A stretch of 42,595 nt of DNA, from the NCBI GenBank assembly GCA_018971155.1, contig JAGXBI010000001.1, positions 1-42,595 of the forward strand, read 5' to 3'. The DNA is from Burkholderiales bacterium. Lineage in GTDB: Bacteria; Pseudomonadota; Gammaproteobacteria; Burkholderiales; Burkholderiaceae. The number at the start of each line of letters is the position of its first letter. The first letter of the stretch is position 1. A program made the position numbers and the translations under genes. Of the stretch, positions 41,440-42,595 are shown one piece after another. The notes beneath the pieces were generated by a model, which ran no database searches, was not told the origin of the DNA, and worked only from the letters and a program-made list of their open reading frames with translations.

Positions 41440-42595
41440 TCAAGCCCCCAGTTGCGCCTCCAGTCGGGCCTTGGCCTGCAGCAGCGCTTCCGGCATGCCG
41501 TGCTTGAGCTTCTCGAACAGCTCGCCATGCAGCGCCAGCTCATGGCGCCACGCATCCCGGTCGATCGAGGTGACCTGCTCGAACTGCTGCTCGGTGAACG
41601 TCAGGCCGGCCCAGTCCAGATCTTCGTAACGAGGCGAGATGCCGAACAGATGATCGGTGCCCGTGGCCTTGTCCTCGATACGTTCGAGCATCCATTTCAT
41701 CACGCGCATGTTCTCGCCAAAGCCCGGCCACACGAACTCGCCATCGGCATTCTTGCGGAACCAGTTGACGCAATAAATCTTCGGCAGCTTGCCGCCGGCC
41801 GCCGCCAGCTTCTCGCCGAGCGCCAGCCAGTGCTGAAAATAATCGCTCATGTTGTAGCCGCAAAACGGCAGCATCGCGAACGGGTCGCGGCGCACCACGC
41901 CTTGCTGGCCAGCTGCGGCCGCCGTGGTCTCCGAGCCCATCGTGGCGGCCATGTAGACGCCTTCGGTCCAGGTGCGCGCCTCGCTCACCAGCGGCACCGT
42001 GGTCGAGCGCCGCCCGCCGAAAATGAACGCGTCGATCGGCACGCCGGCCGGGTTTTCCCAGTCCGGATCGATCGACGGGCATTGCGCGGCAGGCGCCGTG
42101 AAGCGCGCGTTCGGATGCGCTGCCTTGCGCCCGGTCTGCGCGGCGATTTCCGGCGTCCAGTCGCGGCCTTGCCAGTCGATCAGGTGCGCGGGCGGCTCCT
42201 TGGTCAGGCCTTCCCACCACACGTCGCCGTCGTCGGTCAGCGCGACGTTGGTAAAGATCACGTTGTCCTTGAGGGTGGCCAGCGCGTTGTAATTGGTCTT
42301 CTCGCTGGTGCCGGGCGCGACGCCGAAGTAACCTGCCTCGGGGTTGATCGCATAAAGACGGCCGTCCTTGCCGGGTTTGATCCACGCAATGTCGTCGCCG
42401 ATCGTGCTCACGCGCCAGCCTTCGAAACCCTTGGGCGGGATCAGCATCGCGAAATTCGTCTTGCCGCAGGCCGAGGGAAACGCCGCCGCAATGTGATACT
42501 TCTTGCCCTGCGGCGAAGTCACGCCAAGGATCAGCATGTGCTCGGCCAGCCAGCCCTGGTCGCGCCCCATGGTCGAGGCGATGCGCAATGCAAAA
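41440..42595 (-). CDS. pckG: GTP-dependent phosphoenolpyruvate carboxykinase (5' end beyond the window)
   Basis: [42 protein letters not shown] and WPGFGEN. Confidence 0.95.
   Translation of the reverse strand, partial: FALRIASTMGRDQGWLAEHMLILGVTSPQGKKYHIAAAFPSACGKTNFAMLIPPKGFEGWRVSTIGDDIAWIKPGKDGRLYAINPEAGYFGVAPGTSEKTNYNALATLKDNVIFTNVALTDDGDVWWEGLTKEPPAHLIDWQGRDWTPEIAAQTGRKAAHPNARFTAPAAQCPSIDPDWENPAGVPIDAFIFGGRRSTTVPLVSEARTWTEGVYMAATMGSETTAAAAGQQGVVRRDPFAMLPFCGYNMSDYFQHWLALGEKLAAAGGKLPKIYCVNWFRKNADGEFVWPGFGENMRVMKWMLERIEDKATGTDHLFGISPRYEDLDWAGLTFTEQQFEQVTSIDRDAWRHELALHGELFEKLKHGMPEALLQAKARLEAQLGA

Overview
This is a GC-rich core-chromosome window from a Betaproteobacterium. Gene order and protein sequences look Burkholderiaceae-like, possibly Pandoraea-like (inference only). 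It carries almost entirely housekeeping genes. In coordinate order: COG0523 GTPase and zur, rlmI, xerC-DUF484-dapF-lpxL, metK, an aldehyde dehydrogenase / AidB / GMC oxidoreductase trio, gatB-lipoprotein-gatA-gatC, mreBCD-mrdA-rodA, a Sel1 protein, queD-queE-queC, tRNA-Phe, ntrX-ntrY-DUF4390-rsmB, htpX, lysE-fmt-def, dprA-thioredoxin-topB, LysR, hemN and a partial GTP-PEPCK. No mobile element, prophage or CRISPR array was found. The best novelty candidate is non-coding: the metK 5' leader (6330-6420) can fold as a SAM-II-type H-pseudoknot with an inserted GNRA hairpin. It has a U-to-G change at a ligand-pocket position (GAGUU instead of GAUUU) and a downstream competing strand. Other signals are a Zur-box palindrome, a sigma32 promoter at htpX, an FNR-type site at hemN, a translationally coupled unknown lipoprotein inside gatCAB, and a structured mreB leader. 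All calls come from reading the sequence by eye; no searches were run.
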